33,670 nt of DNA from an uncultured bacterium. Its GTDB lineage: Bacteria; CSSED10-310; CAZUFC01. The DNA lies in contig CAZUFC010000042.1 in assembly GCA_964619725.1 (NCBI GenBank), positions 27,601 to 61,270 on the forward strand. Reading direction: 5' to 3'. The translations under genes and the position numbers were made by a program. The notes below the pieces were generated by a model. That model was not told the DNA's origin. It was given only the letters and a program-made list of their open reading frames with translations, and searched no databases. Below, in pieces: positions 1 to 9,877 of this stretch. The number at the start of each line of letters is the position of its first letter. Within the stretch, counting starts at the first letter, position 1.

Positions 1-6
1 ACATCT

Positions 7-278
7 GCAGCATGACCCCAAGTTCTTCAAGGGTTGACGAAGGGCTCTGACCCCAGCGTAAACCCCACGGCATCGGACGCCGGCAGCACGGCCCCTGGTT
101 CTTCAAGGGTTGACGAAGGGCTCTGACCCCAGCGCAAACCCCACGGCATCGGACGCCGGCTGCATGGCTTCTGGTTTTTCAAGGGTTGACGGAGGGCTCT
201 GACCCCAGCGTAGACCCCAGCGTAAACCCCACGGCATCGGGCGCCGGCTGCATGGCTTCTGGTTTTTCAAGGGTTGAC
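7..278. repeat. Tandem array of about 3.5 x 76-bp imperfect palindromic (REP-like) units; may continue beyond the left edge
   Basis: CAAGGGTTGAC recurs at 28, 104, 180 and 268 (period 76, 76, 88). The 88-bp unit carries a 12-bp duplication, GACCCCAGCGTA. The period is not a multiple of 3. Confidence 0.9.
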
Positions 279-421
279 TTAGGGTTTTTAAATGATTTAG
301 CGATCAGAGTTCAGATATATTGTGGATTGGACAGGACTATTTTACTGTTGTATAGAAGATTGAGGAATGGATTTTTATTGCTCTGCCATGACAGTGGGTA
401 ACATCGGGGGAGGCTTGACGG

Positions 422-1297
422 ATGGAGCAGCAAAATAAAGCATATCTTTATGCCGTGAGTTCTGTTTTATTGTGGTCTACTGCGGCTTCAGCCTTTAAAA
501 TCACTTTGCGATATTTGGATTTTTTGCAATTGCTTCTCTATTCCAGTTTCAGTTCCGCTCTTGTTTTGTTTCTCATTATATTGCTCCAAAAAAAAATACA
601 TTTGCTCAAGGGCCTTTCTTTCAAAGAATATGCGCAATCCGCCACCCTGGGATTCCTTAATCCTTTTCTTTATTACATCGTCCTTTTCAAAGCTTATTCT
701 CTGTTGCCCGCTCAGGAAGCCCAACCCCTCAACTACACCTGGCCGCTTATGATCGTTCTGCTCTCTATCCCCCTTCTGAAGCAGAAGATCAGGCCGTTAA
801 GCATACTGGCGGTTTTCATCAGCTTCATCGGCGTAGCCGTTATCGGATTACGCGGCGATATCACCGGCCTGGAGTTGTCCAATCCTCTGGGGGTTTTTCT
901 GGCTGTCGGATCATCAGTGATATGGGCCCTGTTCTGGATTTATAATGTGAGAGACGAAAGGGATGAAGTCGTCAAATTGTTTTTGAATTTCTTATTCGGT
1001 TTTATATTGATAATTCCGGTCTGCCATATTTTTTCGGAAGTTGAGCTGCCGTCCTGGCCCGGAATATTCGGTTCGATGTACGTGGGGCTTTTCGAGATGG
1101 GAATAACCTTCGTTCTCTGGCTCAACGCCCTAAAATTTTCCCGAACCACGGCCAAAGTCAGCAATCTGATTTATCTGTCGCCTTTTTTATCCCTGGTTTT
1201 CATCCGATTCATCGTGGGAGAAACGATAAGAATCTCCACGATCATCGGGCTGGTCTTCATCGTCTCGGGAATAATAGTGCAGAGGAAGATCAGGTAG
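422..1297 (+). CDS. DMT/EamA family transporter
   Basis: 291 aa, about 10 hydrophobic segments in two similar halves; LNYTWP and LIYLSP motifs; GGGGAGG RBS upstream. Confidence 0.9.
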   Translation: MEQQNKAYLYAVSSVLLWSTAASAFKITLRYLDFLQLLLYSSFSSALVLFLIILLQKKIHLLKGLSFKEYAQSATLGFLNPFLYYIVLFKAYSLLPAQEAQPLNYTWPLMIVLLSIPLLKQKIRPLSILAVFISFIGVAVIGLRGDITGLELSNPLGVFLAVGSSVIWALFWIYNVRDERDEVVKLFLNFLFGFILIIPVCHIFSEVELPSWPGIFGSMYVGLFEMGITFVLWLNALKFSRTTAKVSNLIYLSPFLSLVFIRFIVGETIRISTIIGLVFIVSGIIVQRKIR

Positions 1298-1304
1298 GGA
1301 CCGA

Positions 1305-3347
1305 TTATTCATAATCGAAAAATTCGCCGTTTGCAGCGATATTGTCGTTGAGCACGAAAAGTTCATCCAGTAAAGATTGTGCGGCGATAATGCCGTCTGC
1401 CCAGAGCAAAGCCGGAGCGCCGGCAAGAGTCGAATCCGCCCAGAAAATTCCGTCGCTCCACAGGATCGCCTCAGTAGCCAAATTCTGGCTTTCGATAATA
1501 TCTCCATGAGCTAAAACGGCATTTTCCTCCCAGTTTCCCTCGACGGACAAAATCCCATTATCCCAATTATCCGGTACGACCGAAATGCACGAAGAATCAG
1601 CCCATAAAATGGCCGTTGAGCTTCCTTCCGCGAATAGATCGCAGAAAAGCAAACCGTCTGAGAAATTCAGACCGTCGACAAAGAAAATTCCTTCATCGGT
1701 AAGAAGTATATCATCGACATATAGAGCGCCTCCCCGAAGCTGGAATAAACCATCCCGGTACGCATAAACTCTTCCTGCCGCCCATTCAAAGGTTTCACCG
1801 GCAATCGTCGTAGTCATTATCTTCGGCATTTCATCATCGAGACACAAATTTACTCCAGGACCCATATTCTCATAATCCGGCCATATACGTTCCGCTAATC
1901 GTATCGCTCCTTCGATGTTTAAAGCTCCTGCCCCTTGCTCATATGGAGATATTTCGGGAAGCAATTGAGCCGTAAACATCAAAATCGCTTTAACCATGGC
2001 GGGGCTCAGATCAGGGTTAGCTTCAAGCAAGAGTGCAACGGCGCCGGCAACGACCGGAGCGGCCATGGACGTGCCGGAAAGACTCATGTACTTCGGTATT
2101 GGATTTCCATTATTCAGTTCATATAATATTTGGGGATAAGTCTGATATAAAATGTTATTCGGACTGAAGACCGACACTAAACCGGCGCCCGGCGCAGAAA
2201 TGTCGGGTTTGATCAAATTATCATATATTCCGTCTTCGGCATCATATCCCCTGGTCGGACCTCTCGAACTGAACAACGCCGGATCATCGTCGCTCCTGAT
2301 GACCGTATTGTACGAATTCAATGCCCCCACCGTTAATGCATAGGGCGACATACCCGGATTACCTATCGCTCCGTAAATTTTTTCGCCCTGTTCATTAAGC
2401 CCCCTGTTGCCGGCCGAACACACCACCACTATGCCTTCCTCTACCAGAGCTTTAACAGCCAGGCACAACGGATCGGTCCGGTAAGATTCGCCAGGCGCTC
2501 CGCTTAACGACATATTAACCACTCTGATGTCATATTCCGAATGATCCGTAAGAATTTCGTCCAAAGCTTCCAGTAACCAGCTCGTATAACCTGTTCCTTC
2601 ATGAGTGAGAACCTTATATACAAGCAGATCGCTGCCTGGAGCCATACCTGCGAGATTCTCTCCGTTTATTTTAGATATCGCCCCGTTTCCGGCGGCAATC
2701 CCGGCGACATGAGTGCCGTGCCCCAGGTAATCATCATTTTTTCTTTGTGGAGCACAATCAGTAAAATCTTTTTTTAATTTAATCCTGCTTCTCTGAAGTT
2801 CCATGAAATCTATGCTCGCAGAGTAAACTCCCGAATCGACCACGGCAATCCCAATACCTTCTCCCGTATAAGGATGAACCTGGTCAATTCCCGACGTCAT
2901 CTGCAGAAAACTCCATTCAGGCACGCTGCTGAATTTAACCTCTCTATCCGGTGAAATGCGCGTCACAGCAGGCTCCTCCGACAATCGCAATATATCTGCA
3001 GCCGACATTTTCGCCGCAATAAAAGGCAAATGCCGTAAATTCGAAGTGATGAAGTTACCCTCCATAACCTTACTCCTTACATTTTCAAGAGAAGATCGGT
3101 CCGAACAACGAATTATGCATCTCAACCGCGTTACATCACTTCCGTTCTCCTTTCGAAGCAAAACGTCGTCTCCATCTTCCGTACCGGCTTCATCCAGCAA
3201 ATTCCCCGGTTCATCCGATGAAAAATATCTGACGAGTTGTTCCCGAAGATCAGGAGCCATTTTTGATAAATCTGCGGCATTCGCCTGAAATGAAAAAAAC
3301 AGAATTAAAAAAAATAAGACTAATCGGAAATCAATTCCTTTCAGCAT
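1305..3347 (-). CDS. Secreted S8 (subtilisin-like) serine peptidase with C-terminal repeat tail
   Basis: Triad motifs VVDSG, GHGTHVAG and GTSMAAP; oxyanion SAGN; signal peptide ending ANA. Start moved from 3440 to ATG 3347 (or 3350) because AAAGGAG lies just upstream. Confidence 0.92.
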   Translation of the reverse strand: MLKGIDFRLVLFFLILFFSFQANAADLSKMAPDLREQLVRYFSSDEPGNLLDEAGTEDGDDVLLRKENGSDVTRLRCIIRCSDRSSLENVRSKVMEGNFITSNLRHLPFIAAKMSAADILRLSEEPAVTRISPDREVKFSSVPEWSFLQMTSGIDQVHPYTGEGIGIAVVDSGVYSASIDFMELQRSRIKLKKDFTDCAPQRKNDDYLGHGTHVAGIAAGNGAISKINGENLAGMAPGSDLLVYKVLTHEGTGYTSWLLEALDEILTDHSEYDIRVVNMSLSGAPGESYRTDPLCLAVKALVEEGIVVVCSAGNRGLNEQGEKIYGAIGNPGMSPYALTVGALNSYNTVIRSDDDPALFSSRGPTRGYDAEDGIYDNLIKPDISAPGAGLVSVFSPNNILYQTYPQILYELNNGNPIPKYMSLSGTSMAAPVVAGAVALLLEANPDLSPAMVKAILMFTAQLLPEISPYEQGAGALNIEGAIRLAERIWPDYENMGPGVNLCLDDEMPKIMTTTIAGETFEWAAGRVYAYRDGLFQLRGGALYVDDILLTDEGIFFVDGLNFSDGLLFCDLFAEGSSTAILWADSSCISVVPDNWDNGILSVEGNWEENAVLAHGDIIESQNLATEAILWSDGIFWADSTLAGAPALLWADGIIAAQSLLDELFVLNDNIAANGEFFDYE

Positions 3348-3411
3348 CATAATCTCCTTTATTGGGTTTGACTTCTTTTGGACATCACGAGTGAACCTCC
3401 GATTTTTATGA

Positions 3412-3427
3412 AGCAAAAACTTTACCA
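3412..3427 (-). promoter_or_regulatory. Putative sigma54 -24/-12 promoter of the S8 peptidase
   Basis: Minus strand TGGTAAAGTTTTTGCT has GG-N10-GC spacing and lies about 65 nt upstream of the start. Confidence 0.6.
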
Positions 3428-3836
3428 ACAGGAAACACATTAAAAAACAGCATCATAAAATAAACATAGGAAACACCTTTGTTCAAAATTTAAACTGATG
3501 TACTGAAGCTGTTCATATATTCGACACGGTTTAATAATTTGGCGGCGCCATCTTAGCTCTTTTTATATGGGGCTCCGCACAACAGAAGTCCGGCATCGAT
3601 CAAAAACGGACCTTTTGAAGTTATTCTTCAATTTCGATTGCGATATCGATTACTGATACAAAATGTCGAAAGATTTGAAAAAAGTGTAATCCCGGTTTGA
3701 TCAGTCCCGAAAATTCAGCAGAATATCTCAAGACCGGCTTCTTGATAGCCTGATCAATTGAGCGTCGAACCTCAAAACAGACATCAGAAAAACGCGGCTT
3801 AGCCTTCAGCTAATGCTATACCGTCTTCCATCTTCA

Positions 3837-5993
3837 TCACAATAATCCATTCATAAAGTTAATCAAATCTTCCGGCCTGAACGGCTTTTCAAGATAACCC
3901 GCTGCATCGAGAGCCCGCACATCTTCAGACAGCTCATTCCATGAATATCCGCTGGTAAACACGATAGGAATATTTTCGTTAATCTGTTTGATTTCCTGGT
4001 ACAGCTCCGCGCCGTTCATATCAGGAAGGGTTATGTCTATCAAGGCTGCAAGAAGGTCTGAGCCGTTTTCCTCCAGAACTCTTCTGGCCTGCGAACCGTC
4101 CTCAGCCGGCAACGACTTAAAATTATTCTGCTCAAGTACAGAGCACAACAATTCCCGTATGATCTCTTCGTCCTCAACGATCAGGATACTTTGAGCCTTT
4201 CGGTCGGAAACTTCCGATTCCTGTTCATGGTTTTCATCTCTTTCCGTCATCTTATCCGATTCTTCCTCCTGCTTTTCAACATGCGTGACGGAGGGAAGGA
4301 GAATAGAAAAGGAAGTGCCTTTGCCTTTTTCAGAGTCAACTTCTAAAAAACCCTTATGATTTTTCACGAGTCTGTAAACCATGGCGAGCCCCAACCCTGT
4401 CCCTTTGTCACGGTCTTTCGTGGTAAAGAATGGATCAAATATTTTATTTAATATTGAATCTTCAATGCCTTCTCCGGTGTCGGCCACCGTTAACTTGACG
4501 TAATTCCTTTCCCTCTGCCCCCTGGACATTTGAACCGGTATGCTTTCGCCTTCCTTTACACTGGTTGATATGGACAATTTACCTCCAGAGGGCATGGCAT
4601 CACGAGCGTTAAGACAAATGTTTAAAATCACCTGCTGAAGCTGTTCCGCATTTCCCCGCACCGGCGGAATTTCATTATTGATATTCACATCGAATTCAAT
4701 ATCCGAAGAAATATTGCTCCTGACTAACGGTATGATCTCATCTATGAAAACGCATACCTGAATCTCCTTCATCTCCGTCGGCTCCTCCCCTCTGGCGAAA
4801 TTCAGCAACCTTTTCGCCAATCCTGCCGCCTTACCCGTCGAATTCTCTATTACAGCAATCTTTTCACATATCCCCTCATCCGCCGCATGTTTTTTCTCCA
4901 ATTCCGTTCTTATGGCTGATGAAGCATTCAAAACCGCGCTCAGGTAATTCTTGAAATCATGAGCCAGCCCGCCGGCCAGCGTTCCCAATCCTTCCATCTT
5001 GTGCGAATGCAGCAACTGATTCTCCAATTGCTTCTTCTCGGTGACGTCTCTTATGAAAGCCTGAATGAACGTCCCCTGATCCCAGGTTACCGTTCTGGAA
5101 GTTATTTCAACGTCGAGCAGGTCTTTATTTTTGTTGAGCATCCGACATTCGGTGAAAACCGCTTTCTCTTCAGGATTCGCTTTTAAAAACTCTTCGATGA
5201 TTTCTTCGTGCCCCGGCTCTGCCAATTCTTTAATGTTCCTGGCCTGCAGTTCATGCTTCTCATATCCTGTCATTTTGGCCGCTGTCTCATTCATATCCCT
5301 GACCGCACCGTTCAACTCAAGAATCAAAATCGCTTCCGTCGCACTTTCAAATAGCATCCGGTATTTTTTCTCCGACTTCTTTAAACTCTCGTAAAGACGG
5401 GCTTTTTGTATTACCAACGCCGCAAAATTGGCGAAAGTCCTCAGCAACCGCTTTTCCTTCTCTGTGAATGCTCCAGGCTTCCCCCGATGATCCAGATATA
5501 TGACTCCGATCTGACGGTTCAACGATTCCAAAGGCACGCAGAGAATCGATTTTAACTTCAGATTCAATACGCTCTGCTGCTGTGCAAAATGATTATCCAA
5601 ACCTGCATTGTCAACTATCAACGGCTCATTGAGCTTCATTACCTGCTTCACTATCGTTTGGGAAATCTCCTCGCGCACATCCTGCATCTCCTGATTGCTC
5701 ATCTTGTGCGCTACCCTGGCGCTCAATTCTTCGTTCTCATCCTTCAACAGTAAAAAACCGCGCTCTGCCGCCGACAGCCTTATCGCTTCCTCCATTATCC
5801 TCTCCAACAATATCTGAATGTCGAGAGTCGAATTTAATACGCAACTCAATTCCCATATCCTCTCGATTCTATTGTCGGCATTCAGTTGATCAGCCAAATC
5901 GTCCAATTCATCCAGATCCTTGAAAAATTCGTCGAAATAACTCCCGTCATCCTTTTTTTGCCGTAATTCAAACGCTTTTCTCATGTTAATCAA
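3837..5993 (-). CDS. Cytoplasmic hybrid sensor histidine kinase (GAF-PAS-HisKA-HATPase-REC)
   Basis: GAF (SILCVPL...GVIYLD), PAS, H-box LAHDFKN, N-box NARDAM, DTGEGI, FDPFFTTK, GTGLGL; receiver VEDE...D...KPF. The start may be ATG 5984. Confidence 0.93.
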   Translation of the reverse strand: MINMRKAFELRQKKDDGSYFDEFFKDLDELDDLADQLNADNRIERIWELSCVLNSTLDIQILLERIMEEAIRLSAAERGFLLLKDENEELSARVAHKMSNQEMQDVREEISQTIVKQVMKLNEPLIVDNAGLDNHFAQQQSVLNLKLKSILCVPLESLNRQIGVIYLDHRGKPGAFTEKEKRLLRTFANFAALVIQKARLYESLKKSEKKYRMLFESATEAILILELNGAVRDMNETAAKMTGYEKHELQARNIKELAEPGHEEIIEEFLKANPEEKAVFTECRMLNKNKDLLDVEITSRTVTWDQGTFIQAFIRDVTEKKQLENQLLHSHKMEGLGTLAGGLAHDFKNYLSAVLNASSAIRTELEKKHAADEGICEKIAVIENSTGKAAGLAKRLLNFARGEEPTEMKEIQVCVFIDEIIPLVRSNISSDIEFDVNINNEIPPVRGNAEQLQQVILNICLNARDAMPSGGKLSISTSVKEGESIPVQMSRGQRERNYVKLTVADTGEGIEDSILNKIFDPFFTTKDRDKGTGLGLAMVYRLVKNHKGFLEVDSEKGKGTSFSILLPSVTHVEKQEEESDKMTERDENHEQESEVSDRKAQSILIVEDEEIIRELLCSVLEQNNFKSLPAEDGSQARRVLEENGSDLLAALIDITLPDMNGAELYQEIKQINENIPIVFTSGYSWNELSEDVRALDAAGYLEKPFRPEDLINFMNGLL

Positions 5994-6205
5994 ATTCCCT
6001 CATCAAAAAATGTAAAAATTCAAACTATGACTCAATCTTCTTCTGATCGCTGAAATACAATTCGATCAGGTTCCGTAATCGACTTTACAATACAAAATCT
6101 CTACCGGTTTAATCTTAATTCCCGGCTTTTCATATTCACTTATAATTCATGAAATAAGGACTGCTCCCTTTGCGCTCCCCACGACTCACAAAGTCAGCAG
6201 TCCCC

Positions 6206-6233
6206 ATTATAAGAATAATTTGAATAATTGCAA
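6206..6233 (-). promoter_or_regulatory. Possible sigma70 promoter upstream of the kinase
   Basis: TTGCAA-16 nt-TATAAT on the minus strand. Confidence 0.45.
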
Positions 6234-6288
6234 AAAGCGCAAAATTTTCTGCTTAAAGCATTCAATTTATTGCACCCGCTCAAATAAC

Positions 6289-6337
6289 GAACGGCGGAAA
6301 AAGCGGAGGAAACTGAATAACGCTTTGACCGCCGTTC
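6289..6337 (-). terminator. Stem-loop downstream of the porin gene, probable terminator
   Basis: GAACGGCGG/CCGCCGTTC outer stem plus AAAGCG/CGCTTT inner stem, about 45 nt after the stop; weak U tail. Confidence 0.5.
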
Positions 6338-6383
6338 AAAACTAAGATGTGAAAAGCGTCCAGAAAACGGACGAAAATTGCTA

Positions 6384-8531
6384 TTACAATGCGAGCGTGA
6401 AACCTACCCGACCGTAGTAATATTTCCCTGACTGATCGCCATAGACCCAGAGTTCGTCATCGCTGAAGTCGAGATAGTCGGCATCTGCAAAGATACCCAG
6501 GTTGTCGTTCAAGTCGAATTCACCGCCGAGTTTCAGTTCCAGGTAACTTTGATCCAGGTCGCTGTAGGTATGAATATTGGAATAGTCGTAGTCAGCGTAA
6601 GGCACTCCCGGATCAGGCTGATCCATGTGGACCGAATCATACCCTCCTTCAGCCATGGTATAGGAACCGTTGAGGAAAAGGTGAGCTTTTTTGCCGGGGT
6701 AAAGATCGAAGCCTGCGAAGATGATATGCGCAGTACTGTTATATTCAGTAAGCCCCGAGGCGCTTCCGTAATGTTTGAATGTCCCGTCACCGACAGGACC
6801 GAGCTGCCCCGCTCACCCATCCATAACCGGAATGCAGAAGAGAGCGTTGGAAGTAATATCCAGGAAGTTGTAACCGAGAGTAAAGATGCTCACCTGATTT
6901 GGCGCTGCGAACAGATTCAAGCCGGAGATCAGCATATCGCGTTCCCACTGGTATTCGTTCAATTCATCGTTTTTTTCATCCTGGTAAGAAGCCTGCAAAT
7001 TAAGCGAGGCTTTCGTTCCGCTGAATAAAGAGCCGTTGAATTTAATTCTTAAAGAATCCGTAGGCTGATTCGTAGCGGCTGCCAGTCGTTCTCTCTGGAA
7101 GTAGTAGAATGAGCTGTTGTCCGGTAATGTTTCTCCGTTTTCGTAGGAGGGTTCGCACATGGCATCCTTGTTTGCGAAAGGATAATCGGTTAGTTCATAT
7201 TCAACTGTGAACGTGCTCCTGCATATCGGTTTTCTTCTGTGCCAGGACATCTGGACCCGGTTTTGCACCGTCTCTTTTTCACTCGAATCCGGATAAAGTT
7301 CCAGATATTCCCTGTCAATGCTTCGATATCGATAGTCGAAACTCACTCCATTGACTTTGTTCAACTGATAACTGCCCTGAACGCGACCGACCGTCACATC
7401 CCGGTTATAAGCCGAGTATCTGGTCCAATCGAAGTCCTGTCCACCGCCCGTATAACCTTCGCGCCAGGGATCAAGATCAATGAAAACATCATCATTGTCC
7501 AGACTTTCCCTGGAAAACGTCGTCGTCAATTTGAAGTTTCCTTCAGGATTATAATACCAGGCGGCCGAACCCGTTTTGGATTCTAACGTCAGGTCCTCCA
7601 GTTCGTTTTCCAGATCAAACATCGAAAAAGCGCCGACAATGGAATGAGAGTCGGTAAGCATACCGTTTATTTTGAGTTCGTGCGACTGTTTTTTCGTATC
7701 GGGCGTTCGGGAATACTCGCCTTCTTCGTCCCCATAGATCACGCGGGTCGGAAAATCTCCTCCCATATCATCAGAAACGGGATGTTTCGCAGCGTCCCAG
7801 AAATTCGTCGGGGCAGCAGCATGATTGGTGAATTCGCTGGAAACAAATTCGTAGATAACCTGCAGTTTCGGAAATACAGCCGAGAATCCCACATGATGAT
7901 CCAGAGTCGTTTCGTCCACCCGCGCACGCCGTCCCACAACATGACACATCGAACATTTGTTGACGCTTATGGCTTGTCTGTATCCTTTTCGTGTTCTTCG
8001 ACCGTAACCCCACTTGCATATGATGTGACTGCCCACATCGACTTCCAGTTCGTTTTTCAGCTCTGTAATGGTTACGCCGTAAGAACCGTCCGGGTCTCTG
8101 TCTTCATGAGTGAACATCATGCCGCCTGGAGTATTCGCTTCCGGATCAGCGCTCGAACGGGCCGTGATGTTCTTCAGGTAATCATGGTCCAGCCTGTGAA
8201 TGAAACGTCTGTAGGAAAACTCGTTCCTGACCCCCGAACCTGAATGGATGCGAACGCGGCTCCATAAATCGTATTCGTTGCGAATATCCGCTTCAACCTT
8301 CATGAAACGATCGCCCCGGTTATGGAATAATTTCAATTCTATATCCGCTGCTCCGTCTTCATCAATCGTCTCATATTCCGCTGCACGCTCCTCGCTGTCC
8401 TCCACATCAGAAAAATGTCCGCCCACTGAAACGGAACCTTCCATATAGGCATCCTCGCCGTCTTCTCCCAAACACAGGGCGCAAACCATCGTTAATGCCA
8501 AAATCACTGTAATCTTAGTCCATCGATTCAT
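6384..8531 (-). CDS. MtrB/PioB-like outer-membrane beta-barrel with one CxxCH and an in-frame TGA (selenocysteine at residue 573 of 715); resembles the GSU2204-type (seleno)proteins
   Basis: ORFs 6813..8531 and 6384..6656 are in the same frame. They are joined by 52 sense codons after a single TGA (...FCIPVMDG-U-AGQLGPVGDGTFK...). Signal peptide, amphipathic beta strands, CSMCH and a SECIS-like hairpin are present, and the gene follows a decaheme gene. Confidence 0.85.
6781..6799 (-). promoter_or_regulatory. Bacterial SECIS-like hairpin
   Basis: GUCCUGUC-GGU-GACGGGAC: 8-bp stem whose G-starting loop begins 22 nt after the UGA at 6813-6815. Confidence 0.75.
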
Positions 8532-8543
8532 CTTATCACCTCC

Positions 8544-9518
8544 CTATCTCGTCAGGCCCTTGCCCATGCCGCTCAGAGCCTGTGACGGAAGGTCCGAACC
8601 GTGAATCGGCGAATGGCATTGAGTGCACTTCGTTAAAATTGACTGCTTGATGCTCTCCCTGTGAGACAATCCGCCTCGCTCAGGAAAACGCGGCGAACTG
8701 AACTCCCCTCGATAACCTTCCAGTTGCGTATGAAAATGTATCTGATGACACGAAAGACATATGAACGGCTCGTTCTGCTTCAACAAATTGTTGGCCACCG
8801 TGCCGTGAGGCTCATGACAGATCGTGCAGTTCTCCGCAACCGGCGCATGCTCAAATACAAAAGGCCCCCTGTATTGTGCATGACACTCCAGACATGTCTC
8901 GTTCACACGCTCCTTCTCAAAACGCTCCTGACCCGTTATGTCATGACAGGACGAACATAACATCCGCCCCTCCTTCATCGGATGATGAGAAGGCAATCGG
9001 CTCCTCGCCTTTATGTCATGATGGCAGGATGTGCACAACTCCAGCTCCGGCGACGTCAGATTACCCTTCATCGGAGACTGATGAATCTTATGGCAATCCG
9101 TGCAGAATACCCTGCAATTCTTTACCTTGTGTCCCTTGAATCCGCAATGAATCTTGTTATGACACTTCCGGCAACTCAACTGCATAAATTCATAATCCGC
9201 CTTGCCCGTCAATATCTGCGACGCGTCACCCGATTCCGAATGAAGACTCCCCGGACCGTGACAATCCTCGCAGGATACCTCTTCCGTCCCCTTCGCCGTT
9301 ATATGGTGAATACCTCGAAACTCCGGCTTCGCATACGAATCATGACACGTTAAACATACCTCCTCGCCTGCCTCCGTCGCCTCAGATAAATACGATCCGG
9401 CTTCCGATTCACCTCCGTTAACCCACATCATCAAAACGCCTGCAAGCAGAATTAATGAACAAATAAAAACCCTCGAATTCCTCTTCACTAAAATCTTACG
9501 TCTCAGTTCACGACGCAT
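8544..9518 (-). CDS. DmsE/MtrA/PioA-family decaheme c-type cytochrome
   Basis: Ten CxxCH motifs (CLTCH, CEDCH, CRKCH, CTDCH, CTSCH, CSSCH, CLECH, CTICH, CLSCH, CTQCH); GPFVFEHAPV and IHGSD motifs; signal sequence; GGGGAGG RBS. Confidence 0.95.
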   Translation of the reverse strand: MRRELRRKILVKRNSRVFICSLILLAGVLMMWVNGGESEAGSYLSEATEAGEEVCLTCHDSYAKPEFRGIHHITAKGTEEVSCEDCHGPGSLHSESGDASQILTGKADYEFMQLSCRKCHNKIHCGFKGHKVKNCRVFCTDCHKIHQSPMKGNLTSPELELCTSCHHDIKARSRLPSHHPMKEGRMLCSSCHDITGQERFEKERVNETCLECHAQYRGPFVFEHAPVAENCTICHEPHGTVANNLLKQNEPFICLSCHQIHFHTQLEGYRGEFSSPRFPERGGLSHRESIKQSILTKCTQCHSPIHGSDLPSQALSGMGKGLTR

Positions 9519-9587
9519 TAATTCCTCCCCTCTTCTTTTTGTTGTTTTCGTTTCCTGTACGCTCGTTCACGCCAAATACACGAATAG

Positions 9588-9603
9588 AGCAAAATACATG
9601 CCT
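9588..9603 (-). promoter_or_regulatory. sigma54 -24/-12 promoter of the cytochrome-porin operon
   Basis: Minus strand AGGCATGTATTTTGCT (GG-N10-GC), 70 nt upstream of the decaheme start. Confidence 0.75.
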
Positions 9604-9639
9604 GAACCGACGACTTCATTAAATTTTTAAATACTTTAT

Positions 9640-9652
9640 TTTCAATTAGTTA
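9640..9652. promoter_or_regulatory. IHF-like site
   Basis: TTTCAATTAGTTA versus consensus WATCAANNNNTTR (1 mismatch), with an adjacent AT tract, lying between the UAS and the promoter. Confidence 0.5.
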
Positions 9653-9685
9653 TAGGAAAGACGAAAAACTTGAGCAGGCTGAAGA

Positions 9686-9721
9686 TGTTAAATGGTTAAC
9701 AAGTTAACATAACAAGTTAAC
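9686..9721. promoter_or_regulatory. Putative upstream activator sites for an enhancer-binding protein
   Basis: Palindrome TGTTAA-N4-TTAACA (9686-9701) and GTTAAC at 9695, 9703 and 9716. Confidence 0.6.
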
Positions 9722-9877
9722 GCGGAGGCTATTCAGCCGACGGAAAAACCGTGCTTTTTGTGGCAGCAGATGTCAGGCTTATATACTTTTCGTCTTAAAA
9801 CTAGTGAACCGTTCACGCCAAGGCTTAAACGGGAGAGGATTGGTTCGGATCAGGAATCAGGGAATTCGGCAGCGGCA

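Noticed and set aside
7-278. CRISPR array
   Set aside because: Whole units are near-identical, so there are no unique spacers, and there are no cas genes in the window.
186-401. 71-aa ORF
   Set aside because: It starts inside the non-triplet repeat with TTG and no clear RBS; probably spurious.
3351-3440. N-terminal extension of the S8 ORF
   Set aside because: This stretch contains the RBS and the putative promoter; the signal peptide begins at 3347-3350.
6384-6656. Separate 90-aa gene, or a pseudogene call for the porin
   Set aside because: It is in frame with the upstream ORF across one TGA with a SECIS-like hairpin, so a single selenoprotein explains it better.
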